A DNA stretch of 64,000 nt from Octopus vulgaris (Eukaryota): positions 108,562,001 to 108,626,000 of the forward strand of contig OX597815.1 of assembly GCA_951406725.2 (NCBI GenBank). Reading direction: 5' to 3'. This document shows, one piece after another, positions 1 through 13,650 of the stretch. The notes under the pieces were generated by a model. It worked only from the letters and a program-made list of their open reading frames with translations. It was not told the origin of the DNA and ran no database searches. How positions within the stretch are numbered: position 1 is the stretch's first letter; each line of letters begins with the position of its first letter. The translations under genes and the position numbers were made by a program.

Positions 1-486
1 CTTGTGTGGTATGGTGCAGAGTCCTGTTGCCAGACATAGAGTCCTCCAGCAACCACCCTCTTGATCCAGGGTAGCACTACCTCCACCAGGCACTTGATGT
101 AGGCTTACATGTTGAGACTGAGGCCATGTGAATGGAGATGAATGGAGACAACGGTTCCATCACTAGCGATCAATCCAAACACCATTATATTGCCTGGATG
201 TTTGATTTATATCACTCTCGGTACATGTCCTCAGATTGCACTGTCCTCAGATTGACACCCACGCACCCTGAAATATTCATATTAGAACTTCTGGCATGAA
301 TGCCAAGCAGTACAGCATATCGTTTCCAAATTTCTGGCAGAGTGAATTGCATCATGGTGGTGTTTTTCTCACAGATGGTGCCCAACTGACCCTACTATAC
401 TGGGAAGTTGACAAAATCAAAAACAAACAATGCGCATGGGTGAAATTAATAATATAAAATGGGAACAACTTACCCATTGCACCCGA
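1..486 (-). mobile_element. Tc1/mariner (maT/DD37D-like) transposon remnant, runs off the window start
   Basis: Minus strand translates to SLNM*AYIKCLVEVVLPWIKRVVAGGLYVWQQDSAPYHT (QQDSAPxH catalytic-D motif) with stops. Probable TIR 'acaacttacccattgcacccga|ta' at about 465-488. Second copy at 27517-27873. Confidence 0.85.
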
Positions 487-497
487 TATATGTATAT

Positions 498-718
498 AGG
501 TGACGAGTTGGCAGAATTGTTAGCACGCCGGGTGAAATGCTTAGTGGTATTTCATCTGCCGTTACATTCTGAGTTCAAATTCTGCCAAGGTTGACTTTGC
601 CTTTCATCCTTTTGGTGTTGCTTAAATAAATACCAGTTATGCACTGGAGTTTATGTAATTGACTTAATCCCTTTGTTTGTCCTCTCTGTGTTTAGCCCCC
701 CATGAGCAATAAAGAAAC
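498..718 (+). mobile_element. tRNA-derived SINE, family B (Meta-domain-like core)
   Basis: Head ggtgacgagttggcagaa, B-box gagttcaaattc, core gactttgcctttcatccttt...taccagtt. Recurs many times in the window. Confidence 0.8.
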
Positions 719-748
719 ATATATATATATATATATTATTATTATTAC

Positions 749-793
<45 letters not shown>

Positions 794-926
794 GTAGCAG
801 AAGCAACAGAGTGACTCAAGGTCCAAGAGTTTCATGTGTAACCCACAATTTGAGTTCTCTTTTTCCCTGTTTGCATCACCATACTTCTCTCTCTCTCTCA
901 TACTCTCTCACCCTTCTCTATCTCTC

Positions 927-968
<42 letters not shown>
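719..968. repeat. (TA)n, (ATT)n and (CT)n microsatellites
   Basis: Visible simple repeats. Confidence 0.95.
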
Positions 969-969
<1 letters not shown>

Positions 970-1371
970 TTTTGTTTCTTTTATTTGTTTCAGTCATTTG
1001 ACTGTGACCACACTGGAACACCACCTTTAGTTGAACAAATCAACCCTAGGACATATTCTTTGTAAGCCTAGTACTTATCTTATTGGTCTCTTTTGCTGAA
1101 CCACTAAGTTACAGTGATGTAAACACACCAACGTTAGTTGTCAAGCAATGGTGGTGTCGACAAACACAGATACACAAACACAGACACGCACGCACGCGCA
1201 CACACACACATATACACACACTCACACACATACACAAACTTATATATATGACGGGCTTTTTTCAGATTCCATCTTCCAAATCTACTCACAAGGCTTTGGT
1301 CGGTCTGAAGCTTTAGTAGAAGACATTTGCCCCAGGTGCCATGTAATGAGACTGAACCTGGAACCATTTGG
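968..1371 (-). mobile_element. tRNA-derived SINE, family A (reverse, head truncated)
   Basis: Reverse complement of the family A body (ccttgtgagtagatttgg...gaaaaaagcccgtc) and tail (gtggtcacagtcaaatgactgaaacaaataaaag); compare 30202-30630. Confidence 0.85.
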
Positions 1372-1489
1372 TATGTATGTATGTATGTATGTATGTATGT
1401 ATGTATGTATGCATGCATGCATGTATGTATGTATGTAGGTATGCATGTATGTATGCATGGATGGATGGATGGATGGATGGCTATTTAGA

Positions 1490-1583
<94 letters not shown>

Positions 1584-1680
1584 TACAGACAGACAAACAG
1601 ACAGACAGACACACAGACAGACAGACACACAGACAGACAGACAGACACAGACAGAGAGACAGACAGACAGATAGACAGAC

Positions 1681-1734
<54 letters not shown>

Positions 1735-1752
1735 TGTGTGTGTGTGTGTGTG
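1372..1752. repeat. Compound (TATG)n/(GGAT)n/(AGAT)n/(AGAC)n/(GT)n microsatellite
   Basis: Visible tetranucleotide arrays; source of the long spurious ORFs at 1282-1980. Confidence 0.95.
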
Positions 1753-2385
1753 TAAAGACAAATAAGGAGGAGTAAAGAAAGAGACAAAAGGACAAGAAAT
1801 GTAAGTAGATGAAAGACAAGGGGGAGAGAGAGGGAGAGACAGAGAGAAGGAGAGAGAATAGCAAATAAAGAGAAACCTTGTGAGATGCGAGGAAGCAGAT
1901 AGAGTAAATTGAGAAATATACCCACCGAAGGCGAAAATAATGAAGAAAGAAAAGATCAAAGCTGAAGTAGATTCTGTCATGAGAAAGACAAAAATATGAT
2001 TAGCTGTAAAGATGAATGGGATTTAAAGGGACCAACAAGGAAAAGAAAGAGTAAGAAAGAAGGAGAAGGGAAGAGAGAGAGAGATAGTGAGAGAGCAGGA
2101 GAGGGAGAGAGAGAATGAGAATGTGAGAGAGATCAAAATCTTAATGAAAAGCATGGAAGGTGTGTGACAGTATTTCAACATTTCAATAAGATGAAGACTC
2201 ACAAGAGATCTTTAATAAGAAATTAATGCTTTTATGGTAAAAAATCCATAATGGTTCTCTTGGACATTCCTATCATTCATGCACTGTTGTGTGAGTGTCT
2301 TTGTATATAGGTACATACATTCATGCTTATATGTATGTATATATATGTATGTTGGTATGTATAAATATATATATGTGTGTATGCT

Positions 2386-2432
<47 letters not shown>

Positions 2433-2733
2433 ATAAACAGATACGTACATACATAAAAGTGAATTTGTCTGTGTTAACTACATCCCAAAGCTGGAGCCTT
2501 GTATCTTTGTTGGAAACCGGTTCCCTCCTCAGTTGTAGATTTATAATAATTAAAAAATAGAAGAGACATATTATATGCATCATCATCAGCATTATTTAAC
2601 ATCTGCCTTCCATGCTGGCATGGGTGATTTATATATATATATATATAGATAAATACACACCACACACAAACACACTCATATGCACACCGACACAGACATA
2701 GACACACACACACACACACACACACATACACAA

Positions 2734-2769
<36 letters not shown>

Positions 2770-2915
2770 ACACACACACACAGAATATACACAAACTCAT
2801 AATATGTAAATTTTAATGCCGAAGCATGATAAACATTTGGCAACGAGGTACGTATATGTGTAAATATGAACTATTATGTACACGCATTTAAAAATTCTTA
2901 AATAGTAAAATTTTA

Positions 2916-3083
2916 ATGCAGGAGTGACTGTGTGGTAAATAGCTTGCTTCTCAACCACATGGTTCTGGGTTCAGTCCCATTACGTGGCACCTTGGGTGGG
3001 CAAGTGTCTTCTACTATATCTTTGGGCCGGCCAAAGCCTTGTGAGTGGATTTGGTAGATGGAAACTAAAAGAAGCCTGTCGTA

Positions 3084-3140
<57 letters not shown>

Positions 3141-3346
3141 ATGTTTGTGTGTCTGTGTTTGTTCCCCCAAAATCGCTTGACAACCGATGGTAGTGTGTTT
3201 ACATCCCCACAGCGGTTCGGCAAAAAAGACTGATAGAATAAGTACTAAGCTTACAAAGAATAAGTCCTGGGGTCGATTTGCTCAAATAAAGGCAGTGCTC
3301 TAGCATGGCCACAGTCAAATGACTGAAACAAATAAAAGAATAAAAG
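2916..3346 (+). mobile_element. tRNA-derived SINE, family A (full length, internal TA/TG microsatellite)
   Basis: A-box-like gtgactgtgtgg, B-box ggttcagtccc, CORE-like gcaccttggg..caagt, tail gcatggccacagtcaaatgactgaaac. Confidence 0.88.
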
Positions 3347-3659
3347 TGTAAAGGAGTATGTTTATGTATCTATATGGGTGATAAAGCTTCAAATGAATTC
3401 AGTTTTTCTGGAAGTCAAATCCAAGAGAGATGATAATCCAAGAGATGTTCCCCCAATGTCTTGCTCTTGTTTACCCAAAAATCTTGTGTGATTTTTATCT
3501 TGATTTTACATGACTTTCATGTTTCAATCCAAAATGGAGATGAACACAGATGTTCCATGAGGGAAGCTTATTAATTGTTAAGAACTTCACTTACATGAAA
3601 CAAATGGTAGCATTAAATCACAAATAAAGAGTATGTATATATGTATATACCCATATATA

Positions 3660-3872
3660 AATCCTTAAATCCTTAAAAATGTTTCAGCTCGAAAGCTGCA
3701 GTCATGCTGGGGCACCATCATTGATTGTGCTACACTAGTATGTGAAACCCCCTCTGATACGTGGCACTTGGTCAAAAAGGGAGTTTGACGCCACTGCCCA
3801 CATCTGTGTTTCCTGCTGAGAGGTAGGTTCATCTGGAACCCCTGACAAGAAGAGATCGAGTTTAGTTTAGTT
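3660..3872 (-). repeat. Interspersed repeat with tail ggtgccccagcatg...gctgaaacatttttaaggatttaagga
   Basis: Its tail matches 29449-29502 in the opposite orientation and resembles the family A SINE tail. Confidence 0.55.
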
Positions 3873-3994
3873 TATCTGTATGTATGTGTGAACATATATA
3901 TATGTGTGTATGTGTACATAAATGTGTGTGTGTGTGCATGTATGTGTGTGTGTGTGTGTGTGTGTATGTGCATTTGTGTGTGTATTTATATTTA

Positions 3995-4238
3995 TCTCCT
4001 TGTCTTGATATAGTGTGATAGTTGTAAATGGATAACACCATCATGCAAGTAGTGTCCTTCCTTCTTTCCTAGTCTCCCATAGAAACATGTCTGGTCAGGG
4101 GGAAATATTACTGTATTTGGAAATAAATAAATGTGAGCTACAGGAAGGGTACCCAGGTGTAGAAAATCTACTCCAATGAATTCTATCCAAACCATTGTGA
4201 GCATGGAAAAGTGAATGTTAAAATGACAAAATGAAGAC
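3995..4238 (+). mobile_element. SINE-like repeat with an RTE-type 3' tail
   Basis: Ends aggaagggtacccaggtgtagaaaat...gcatggaaaagtgaatgttaaaatgac, like the RTE tails elsewhere in the window. Confidence 0.55.
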
Positions 4239-4895
4239 GATATATATGTATGTATGTGTGTATGTATGTATGTATGTATGTATGTATGTATGTATGAGTG
4301 CGTGTTTATATATACATATATATATATATATACATATATGTATATATATGTGTGTGTGTATATATACATACATACATACATACACATACATACATACATA
4401 CATACATACATACATACATACATACATTGGGTCTCCTACTGTTTCTCCTCATCAATTCCACTTATAATGCATGCTCAGTCTGAGGCCCACAGTACTGCGC
4501 AACAAAAATGAATCCAAAACCAAGTGGTTGTCAAGGGAAGCTTCTTAACCAAACAATGATTCCTGTGCCTATACACACATACACACACATATATGTCTGT
4601 TTATGTACATACATACATATGTACTACATACATGCATATATACATATACATACGTATACATATATATATATATGTATATATGTATGTGAACATATATATA
4701 TATATGTGTGTATGTGTACATACATATTTTTGTGTATATATATATATATATATGTTTGTGTGTGTGTATAAATATTTATATATATATATGCATATGCACA
4801 CACACATATGTACGTATGTGTATGTGTTTATGTGTATCTCTTTTCCCCTGTCTGTCTCTTTCTCTCTCACTCTCTCTCTCTCTCTCTCTCACTCT
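4239..4895. repeat. (TATG)n/(TA)n/(CA)n/(CT)n microsatellite cluster
   Basis: Visible simple repeats with a small SINE fragment inside. Confidence 0.9.
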
Positions 4896-5334
4896 CTGTC
4901 AATCTTTTTCATTGTCTCTTTATTCATCAGTTATTGAACAACTTCCAACATCCACTTGATCTCCTGCTAGCTTTCTTTCTCTTTTTTTTTTCACTCCCTC
5001 TTTACTCTTTACCATTTTCTCTTTCAGCTTGTTCAACTTGTTGCTTTCATTGCTATAGTAATGGTAGATCAGAAAAGAGATTCTGTAAACAGTGAAAATG
5101 TCTGGGAGCTTTTATGATTGCTTCTTTGGTTGTTTGGTTCATTGGTTGGTTGGCTTGGTTTATTTGGTTTGGTTGCCAGGCTGGCTTACTGGTTAGTCGA
5201 TTTGGCTGACTTCATATTTGGAAGTTGGAGGGATTGTTGTTGTTGTTGTTGTTATGTAATCCTATGCTAACCCTGATGGTCACATCTATGATAAAATGGT
5301 ATTCCAGCTGTGATTTGCTTTCTGATGCAATGGT

Positions 5335-5515
5335 ATCATCATCATCATCAGCGTTTAACGTCCGTTTTCCATGCTAGCATGGGTTGGACGGTTCAACTGG
5401 GGTCTGGGAAGCCAGAAGGCTGCGCCAGGCCCAGTCTGATCTGGCAGTGTTTCAACAGCTGGATGTCCTTCCTAACACCAACCACTCCGAGAGTGTAGTG
5501 CCAACCACTCCGAGG
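5335..5515 (-). mobile_element. RTE LINE 3' UTR/tail fragment
   Basis: catcatcagcgtttaacgtccgttttccatgctagcatgggttggacgg...ggatgtccttcctaacaccaacc is the reverse of the tail that follows RT coding sequence at 39541-40292. Confidence 0.8.
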
Positions 5516-6343
5516 GTATCTAAACTGAAATGACTCAATGTGTCTGCATTTTTAATTTGTAGGTTATGATTTAAAGTAGATTTGGCTGCAATTTCTAGCT
5601 GGTTTAGTGATCCTACAAAATCCAAATAGTAGGTGTAGTAGTTAGTGCAGATAGAAATTTTCGTGATCCTTTAATTGTTTCCTTCCAAACGTATAAGATG
5701 GATTTATCAAAAGTACCTTAAAGATGGCAAGATCAGACAAATCATCTGCACACAAAACAAAAACAAGTGCAGCAGCAACAACACATAAATAATCAAACCA
5801 ACAAAGAAATCTCCATGGGGATGGAGGTGGGGGGCACGTCACTTGATTTGTTAACCATAGTAGCCAAATCTTCATGAAATCATACCCTGCCAGTGTTCAG
5901 AAGGAAGGGCACATTGGACAATGTGATTCTTGATATATAAAAATATGGGATGGCCATGAATGGAATTCTCTTCCTCAGTCAGGGCTCACCTGAAATTAAA
6001 CTTCATGAACAAAAACAACACCAGTTTTGATTTCTAATACTGACACATGGTCACAAACTTTTGGTAGGCAGGTATAGTGGATTATATTAAACAATCTCAT
6101 TGTGTAACTGATAAATGGGATTTGAACTTAGAAAGTAAAGGGCCATAAATAAATATTGCAGGGTATTTTATCCACTGTTCTAATGGTTTTATCAGTCTAT
6201 CACCTCCAACATAATCAATATCAATGAAGACAGTCTCTATGTAGTCATTGACCTACCTGAAATAACAGCCAGATCTCCTTCATATCACATGCTATTTTCT
6301 TCAGATAGAAAGATAATGTATGTGATTGATATACTCCTAGACA

Positions 6344-6560
6344 AGGTAGCAAGCTGGCAGAATCATTAACATGTCAGGCAAAATGGTTAATGGCACGTTG
6401 TCAGTCTCTATGTTCTGAGTTCAGATTTTGCCAAGGTTGACTTTGCCTTTCCTTCTTTCAGGGTCAATAAAATATGCACCAGTTGAGCATTGGGGTTGAT
6501 TTAATCAACTTGGCCTCTCCCTGAAAACTGCTGGCCTTGCACCAAAATTTGAAACCAATA
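6344..6560 (+). mobile_element. SINE family B
   Basis: ggtagcaagctggcagaatc...gagttcagatttt...gactttgccttt...ggccttgcaccaaaatttgaaacc. Confidence 0.8.
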
Positions 6561-7400
6561 TGTTTCTAGATATATTTTCTTGAAAAAAACTCCAAAAAAA
6601 CTGGATAGTCATACATGGAATATTTTCTTTCATAGGTTTGCTTGATCAGGACTATCTCAAGGAATAAACAATAGCAACAACAATTTTAACAAGAACAATG
6701 GCCCTTATTGCCTACAAGAAAATAACAACAGTAATATCATTTATAAATAGAATATCGATGCAATGAGTATCAATCAATGTCACCATTAACAATAACAACA
6801 TCAATAGTAATAATAGAAGTTAAGAATTAGCTGTTCCTAAGAAAGCTAATTCTGCTCTTAAGCAACCTACACATCTCCCTCTCTAGTATCTGATATGGCT
6901 TCTGACCTTTATAGCCAACACATAACCTACAAATAAGAGATAAAACTAAAAACAGAAAGAAATTGGTATTTCCATTATACTAACGACCAAAGCCATTATA
7001 TCTACTAATAAAACCATCAACAAAAAAACTATTGAAACCATTCTCACACAAAATCATTAGCAAAGGTTTTTGAATTAATTCCTAGCAAGCTACTTATAAA
7101 CATTACTTAATGCTCCACCAGATAACAACACCAGAGAATTCTCATTACATTCTCATTGCAATTCCTGCTAGAAATTTTCTTGCAAACTGTGCTAAGACTA
7201 TTTTAGTGTCTCAAAATGTTTTTTATCTCATGAACAACGATCTCAGATTTCCCAAACCCCTTGTTTGGATGATTTAGACAATGGAAAAATTTAGTCTACA
7301 CATGAATTAGTAATAATCAACATCAAGTAATGACCAATTATATGGAATGCTGTTGTTAAATGATATAATTTCCAACATCTTTCAAATGAATAACTACCAC

Positions 7401-8127
7401 AGGCACAGGAGTGGCTGTGTGGAAAGTAGCTTGCTTACTAACCACATGGTTCTGGGTTCCGTCCCACTGTGTGACACCTTGGATAAGTGTCCTCTGCTAG
7501 AGCCTCGGACCAACCAAAGCCTTGTAAATGGATTTGGTAAATGGAAACTGAAAGAAGACTGTCGTATATATATATATATATATATATCATCATCATCATC
7601 ATTGTCGTCGTTTAACATCCACTTTCCATGCTGGCATGTGTTGAATGGTTTGACTGAGGACTGGTGAGCCAGAAGGCTGCACCAGGCTCCAATCTGATCT
7701 GGCAAAGATTTTACAGCTGGATGCCCTTCCTAATGCCAACCACTCCAAGAGTGTAGTGGGTGCTTTTACATGCCACCGGCATGAGGGCCAGTCAGGTGGT
7801 ACTGGCAACGACTATGCTCAAAAGGTGCCTTTTATGTGTCACTTGCACGGGAGGGACTCCGGTGGCACTTGCAACGACCACGTTCAAATGTTGCTTTTTC
7901 ACATGCCACCAGCACATGTGCCAGTAAGGCAACGCTGGCAATGATCACTCTTGAATGGTGCTTTTTACATACCACCAGCATGGAAGCTAGTCAGCGTCCC
8001 TGGCAATGATCAGACTCAAATGGTGCTTTCCCCTGGCATGAGTGCCAATCAGGTAGTACTGTCATTGACCACATCAGCGATTTTGATTTCACTTGCCTCA
8101 GCAGGCCTTCACAAGCAAAGTTGATTG

Positions 8128-8190
<63 letters not shown>

Positions 8191-8395
8191 TGCATATGTT
8201 TGTGTGTCTGTGCTTGTCCACCCAACGCTTGACAACCGTTGGTGTGTTTACATCCCTGTAACTTAGTGGTTCACAAAAGAGACCGATAGAATAAGTACTA
8301 GGCTTATAAAAAATAAGTCCTGGGGTTGATTTGATCAACTAAAAGGCAGTGATCCAGCATGGCTGCAGTCAAAAGACTGAAACAAATAAAAAAAA
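7401..8395 (+). mobile_element. SINE family A interrupted by an antisense RTE 3' UTR (about 7585-8131)
   Basis: Head at 7401-7565 and tail at about 8195-8395 flank a reverse RTE tail with degenerate 60-66-bp repeats. Confidence 0.75.
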
Positions 8396-9199
8396 GATTA
8401 GGTTATGTCTTATCAATTCTTCTTAACTTATACATACATACTTGCTTGCATACATATACACACATGCATACATACATTCTTATACATACTTATGTAAATA
8501 TACATATGTATGTATGTATGTATGCATAATATATACATACATACACACACATGCAACATACACACGGGTCTTCCTGACACCAATACTGCTCATATCCTCA
8601 ATTTCTTGATTTTATATGTATGTGTGTATATGCATCCTTCCTTCAGCTCCCTATAATGCATTTAAACCATCCTTCCTATGTTATCCACATCACTTTGCCC
8701 ATCAGCTGTTCAGACATTATCATACACTAATTTCAGTAATACATTTTTTAATTAAAATCACGGTACTTCTCTAATGGGTAAGCAGGAAATAAAATGTATG
8801 ATGCACCATTTTTCTGTTCCCAAACAAATTCAGAGCTCACCAGGAAGCTTTTGCTTCCATTAGTAACAAAGAGATTCTCTTTCTGAATTAAGGGAAGATT
8901 GTATGATGCTTCAGGGCAAAGTTCTGAAGTGCAATGTTGCATGATAACAAAACATAAGCAATGAATTTGGAAGAGATGTGAAGACTGGAAATATGTGGCA
9001 TGGTTTTAGCCTTTTACTGCAGAAAGTAGATATATTCACTAAAAATTTTATTCCTCTTAACTGTAGAATGCAATTTACATCCCACTCTATCTTTTGTTGA
9101 TGAGTGCCATGTTGGAAACTATTTTCTGTTGAGATATGTCAAGTTTATTGAGGTAATGTGACTTGCAGAAAATGCAATTCTATTTTTTGGTAAATATTT

Positions 9200-9545
9200 A
9201 ACATCCTTACAGGAATGACCATGAAATTTAATTTCACAATGCACAAATTTCACAGAGCACAAATGAGCTGAGAGAAAAACTGAGGATCAGAAAAGTCAGT
9301 CGTAGAATGCAAAAAAAGATAATTGCACTGGTACAGAGATATAATGTTTATGCAGGATGACAGTTGAATAAAGAAATGCCAAACAGTTCAAGTGGAAAGA
9401 AACTGCAGAAGAAGTGAAGTCTAATCTCAGGAGCTGAAATTCATGAAGTGGATGACAATGGGCTGCAACAAGTTGCAAAACCATGCTAGAGAAAGCCCAT
9501 CCAACTCATTCAGATATGGCAAAAATGATGTAAAATGATGACAAA
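9200..9545 (+). mobile_element. Decayed RTE LINE 3' end
   Basis: Translation ELREKLRIRKVSRRMQKK resembles the RTE ORF C-terminus; followed by a ccatccaactc...gatgtaaaatgatg tail. Confidence 0.55.
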
Positions 9546-9683
9546 GATGGTGGTGATAGTGATGAGGAGATGATGATGATGATGACGATGGTGGTGGCGA
9601 AGAGTGGTGGTGGTGATGATGAGTATTGTATTGTGTATCACATTATATTTAATTCCATGAAACTAATATTCTTTTTTCAGAAA

Positions 9684-9900
9684 TATTGGTTTCAAATTTT
9701 GGTACAAGGCCAGAAAGTTGGGAGGAGTGAGGAGCAGGTAAGTTGGTTACATTGACCTCGCTGTTCAAATGGTATTTATTTTATCACCCATGAAAGGATG
9801 AAAGGCAAAGTTAACCATGGTGGAATTTGAACTCAAAATGTAAGGGATGAACAGAATACTGCTAAGCATTTTGGCCAGTGTGTTAGCAATTCTGCCAACT
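9684..9900 (-). mobile_element. SINE family B (reverse)
   Basis: gaaaggatgaaaggcaaagtt...ggaatttgaactc...ctaagcatttt...ttctgccaactc. Confidence 0.8.
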
Positions 9901-10169
9901 CTTACACAAAATTATCTTCAGTTAACAAACAGAGAACCTATAAGTAAATTCACTATTTATCAAGCACTCTTTGTGCTTTACACTCTTATTTCATGTTTCA
10001 TTAGAGATTTACCTGCTTTTTCTTGTAGGTCAAATGAACACTGTAAAGTAGATTTTCTTAAATGGTCTTTGGCATTCATACACTATGGAGTATGGAAAGT
10101 GAAGCCTGGAGGCATGGAACTAGGCTTCTTGTGTTTTTTTCAATAAATAGATATGAAATATGATAAAAT

Positions 10170-10330
10170 CATTAAATTGTTTCCTTCTGTGTTCATATTC
10201 CTCTGAGGTTGACTTTGCCTTTCATCTTTTCAGAGTCAATAAGATAAATACCAGTTAAACACTGGATTAATGGAAACGACTTACCCCTCCCCTTAAATTG
10301 CTGGCCTTGTGTCAAAATATGAAACTAATA
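10170..10330 (+). mobile_element. SINE family B (5'-decayed)
   Basis: gaggttgactttgcctttcatctttt...ctggccttgtgtcaaaatatgaaac. Confidence 0.7.
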
Positions 10331-12899
10331 TTATGGCTATTGTTATTGTGGTTTCTTTTGTTGTTGTTGTAGTAGATTTATTATGTGTTGTTAAATCACT
10401 CTCTGCTGTCTTAAATAAAGAAGAATAAATTGGATAAGTTAGTCCCTGGTATGCAAACATGAAGGGATGGTCAAAATTAGACTGTCTTTCATCAAATACT
10501 TGTTTGAGCAAGGTTGAGTTGAGGCTAAATGACAACATTTATACATGTAACCTCATCTATCACTAATTTATTTATCACCTGTCTGGGATATCACACTATG
10601 CTCAATTGTGAACCGTGTTATGCATGTCACAGATTCCTCTGTAATAACAGTTTAAGATTTTGCTTGTACCATAAAACACACCCTAGCAACTACCTACAAT
10701 GCTCAGCTACCTAGAATGCACTAACATTGTGAGACTGCAATTTCAGTATAGATTTACATACTTGTACCCATCAACATGGGACCAGTGAACAGAAAAAAAT
10801 ATGTGATAAACAAGGAAAGATATATTAAACTTTAAGGGAAAATTTACAGAGCATTATAATTAAATTACCAGTAGATGAATAGAATAGATTTAGCAATATA
10901 ACTTCCCCAGACCTCTGATTCACATCAAGGGAATGCCTAAGTTAAATGTATATCTAATTAAACATTGAATGTAGGAGTTGGAAAGTCAAATGTTTTACAA
11001 GTTATGGTGACTGAATACAAATTGTATCACACATATATTGCGTTGGATGCCAAGACAGTACACAACCAATTCTTTTAGTTTACTTAAAAAGAAAATAGTA
11101 TTAAATTCTCAGAAAGATTAAAAGGTTGGAAATAAGAAATGCATGTATATATTCTGACACTTCAAATAAGTATTGTATACACAAAGTCATATAAAAGAAA
11201 TTTTAAAAATGACTTCTAACAAAAATAGATAAATGAAAGAATAAAACATGAAATTGGCAAAATACAGACATCTTGCCTTTTCACGAGCAATAAGCTGACT
11301 GTCAGTGATTGCAAAAATGTTTTGTTCTGAGTTTATTGATATAAAATACATGAGAAAGTTCCATGCTTTGTTATTGTAGTTGTATCTAAGAGTGTGCAGA
11401 ATGTGTTTATAAAAGATTTCAACATGTCCATTCAAATGTTTTTTTCTTTTTTTCTTTCTTTTTTTTTTTTTTGTATTATGATGAAGACATAAGAGAATTC
11501 TGCTTTAGTAAGCTTTTCTAATTCTTGTTTCTTTCACAATTACATGCATAAAAAAATTTTAATGCTAAAGTGTTAATAATGTCTTTTTTGAGAACTTACT
11601 TTTAGTGAATAAGAGCTTTCAAGGTCTCAATGAATTTATTTTTTGAATAAGAAGGGTGAAATAAAATCAGTGACAGATTAATTTGGCAGAGCATATTATT
11701 TCTTTACATTTTTATCATTTAGATTTTAGAGAGAAAACATGTACAGGTGTTAAATAACAAAGAATAGCTGTAAAGGTGGCAGGAAAACAGAATATGATAT
11801 ATTACAAAATGGAGTCAATTATTTTGATTTGCAGTCAATCCATTAGTAATTTGTCTTAATTGAAGCAATCAAATTATTTTCTTTTCCGATTTCTTTTACT
11901 CAGTTTACATATGTTTTACTTTCTTGTATGTATTGATTTGTACTAAAATTAGTTCTAAAATGTTTAGATTTTTTTTAAATATTCAAAAGAATTTTTAATA
12001 TTTGATTATTTTTTCTTTTCCTTAATATTATATTTTCAAGAAAATTCATCCAAAGACAACTTCAACATCTCTTGATTAATAAACATATCCTTCCAGGACA
12101 AAGACGTTGAACTTGAAAACCCTTTTTCCATGAGGATGTGACAACATAGTCCCATTCAATCACACATGAATATCAACAATATACATCACACAAATATTCA
12201 TTGCCAATGGAGAAGCCTTTGCATGGGCACATGATTTACCAAAACGAGCAGCCAAATCGCTTTCAAATAACACCTAACCATCTTAATAAATGAAATACAG
12301 ATACAGTGGACTTTGATATATTACTCTTGAAAACTGAACAGTGTAGTTACAACTGGAAATTCTTTAATCATATGTCTGCTCAGTGAGGAATGAGCCAAGG
12401 TTAAACACCAACAACCTCATATGAGTTTTCTATGAATTATCTGACCCAGGGATTGAACTCACAATCACCAGATAAAGTATATCACTTAACACTGGATACT
12501 TAATCAAAGTTTATAGGAACATATAAGTGTTTCAAACCTAATTTCTTTATTTCCTTTCTGCTGTAGACATAAGACTTTATGTTCTTTCCTTCTTAATTAA
12601 GAACTCCCAAACAATTTTTATCTCTATGCTTGGCTTGCTGAGGGAAATTGTCAACGTTCGACATATTTACTGATTTTTCTTTTCTTTCTTTCTTTTTTTT
12701 TTATTTTAGTCATCTAATCTTATTCCCTACCTGTTCTCTTGATTTTCTATCGTAACAGTGCAGGAAGGCCTAAAGCTAAAATTATAGCAGTTTTTTTACT
12801 CACATACTTGACCCTTATATTTCTACTCTTGGAAACTGATGCTCTTCTTGCAGAATAATTGTTACTTTGAAGGCCCCCAGAAACATATCAACATTCCAT

Positions 12900-13650
12900 G
12901 TTGATATGCTTCTAGGTCACCATTTATAAGTTTTGCTTGATGTAATGGGTTATAAATGATCTTTTTCTTCATGATGCATAGAGACTGAATATAAAAGTTA
13001 AAGTATTAAAGCTTGTAATATTCAAATGTCATAATTCTACATTCTGTGCTTGTCATTGTCATTATCACATCTAAGAAGGTTGATTTATTGTTCATTTCCT
13101 TTCCAGCTGTGAACTGTATTAAGGATCTTATTGAGCTCACATGATCCAGCAATGCTTGCATTTCTTCCTAGTGAGTATGAAGGTTTCATTTCCATATCTT
13201 AGTTACATGGTTGGACTAAGAGCTTCTTTTCTAAACTGTTACTGGAGATAATGGTAAACTGTTACTGGAGATAATGGTAAATCCTCAACTGAATCTTCCT
13301 CTTGACTATATTGGTTACACTCAATTGCAAGTATGTTGTTTTTACACAGAGTGTCAACATCTCTGTCAAGTTATCTCTCAAGATACTGTTGTGTTCTCTA
13401 ATAAATGTATCTAATTTCAGTTATTTTGAAACATTCACAGAATCTCATCTGGGGAATCCATGGTGAATATTTACTATGCCCAGGCTCACAATATGGTTGG
13501 AATAAATGAGAACATCTTTTTGTCTACAAAATAGTAGGACTATTTCCCTGTGACACTGATTATCCATTAATGGGTTGATCATATTTACAAGGTATCTGCT
13601 CAGCTGATGGCATATTGTGCTTTGACAACTAGCTTTGTAATGTCAGAGAA
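12900..13650 (-). mobile_element. Highly decayed Penelope/Poseidon-type PLE reverse transcriptase remnant
   Basis: Minus strand: LRYGNETFIL (decayed WLRYVDDTF) then EEMQALLDHVSSIRSLIQFTAGKEMNNKSTFLDVIM (PLE consensus LxHLNSxxxxIQFTxExExxxxLPFLDV). Boundaries approximate. Confidence 0.65.

Noticed and set aside
1282-1980. Longest ORF (232 aa) and the many [12 protein letters not shown]/poly-I ORFs
   Set aside because: Translations of microsatellites that lack stop codons.
13232-13281. 23-bp direct duplication (taaactgttactggagataatgg)
   Set aside because: Local slippage inside a dead PLE remnant; no sign of function.
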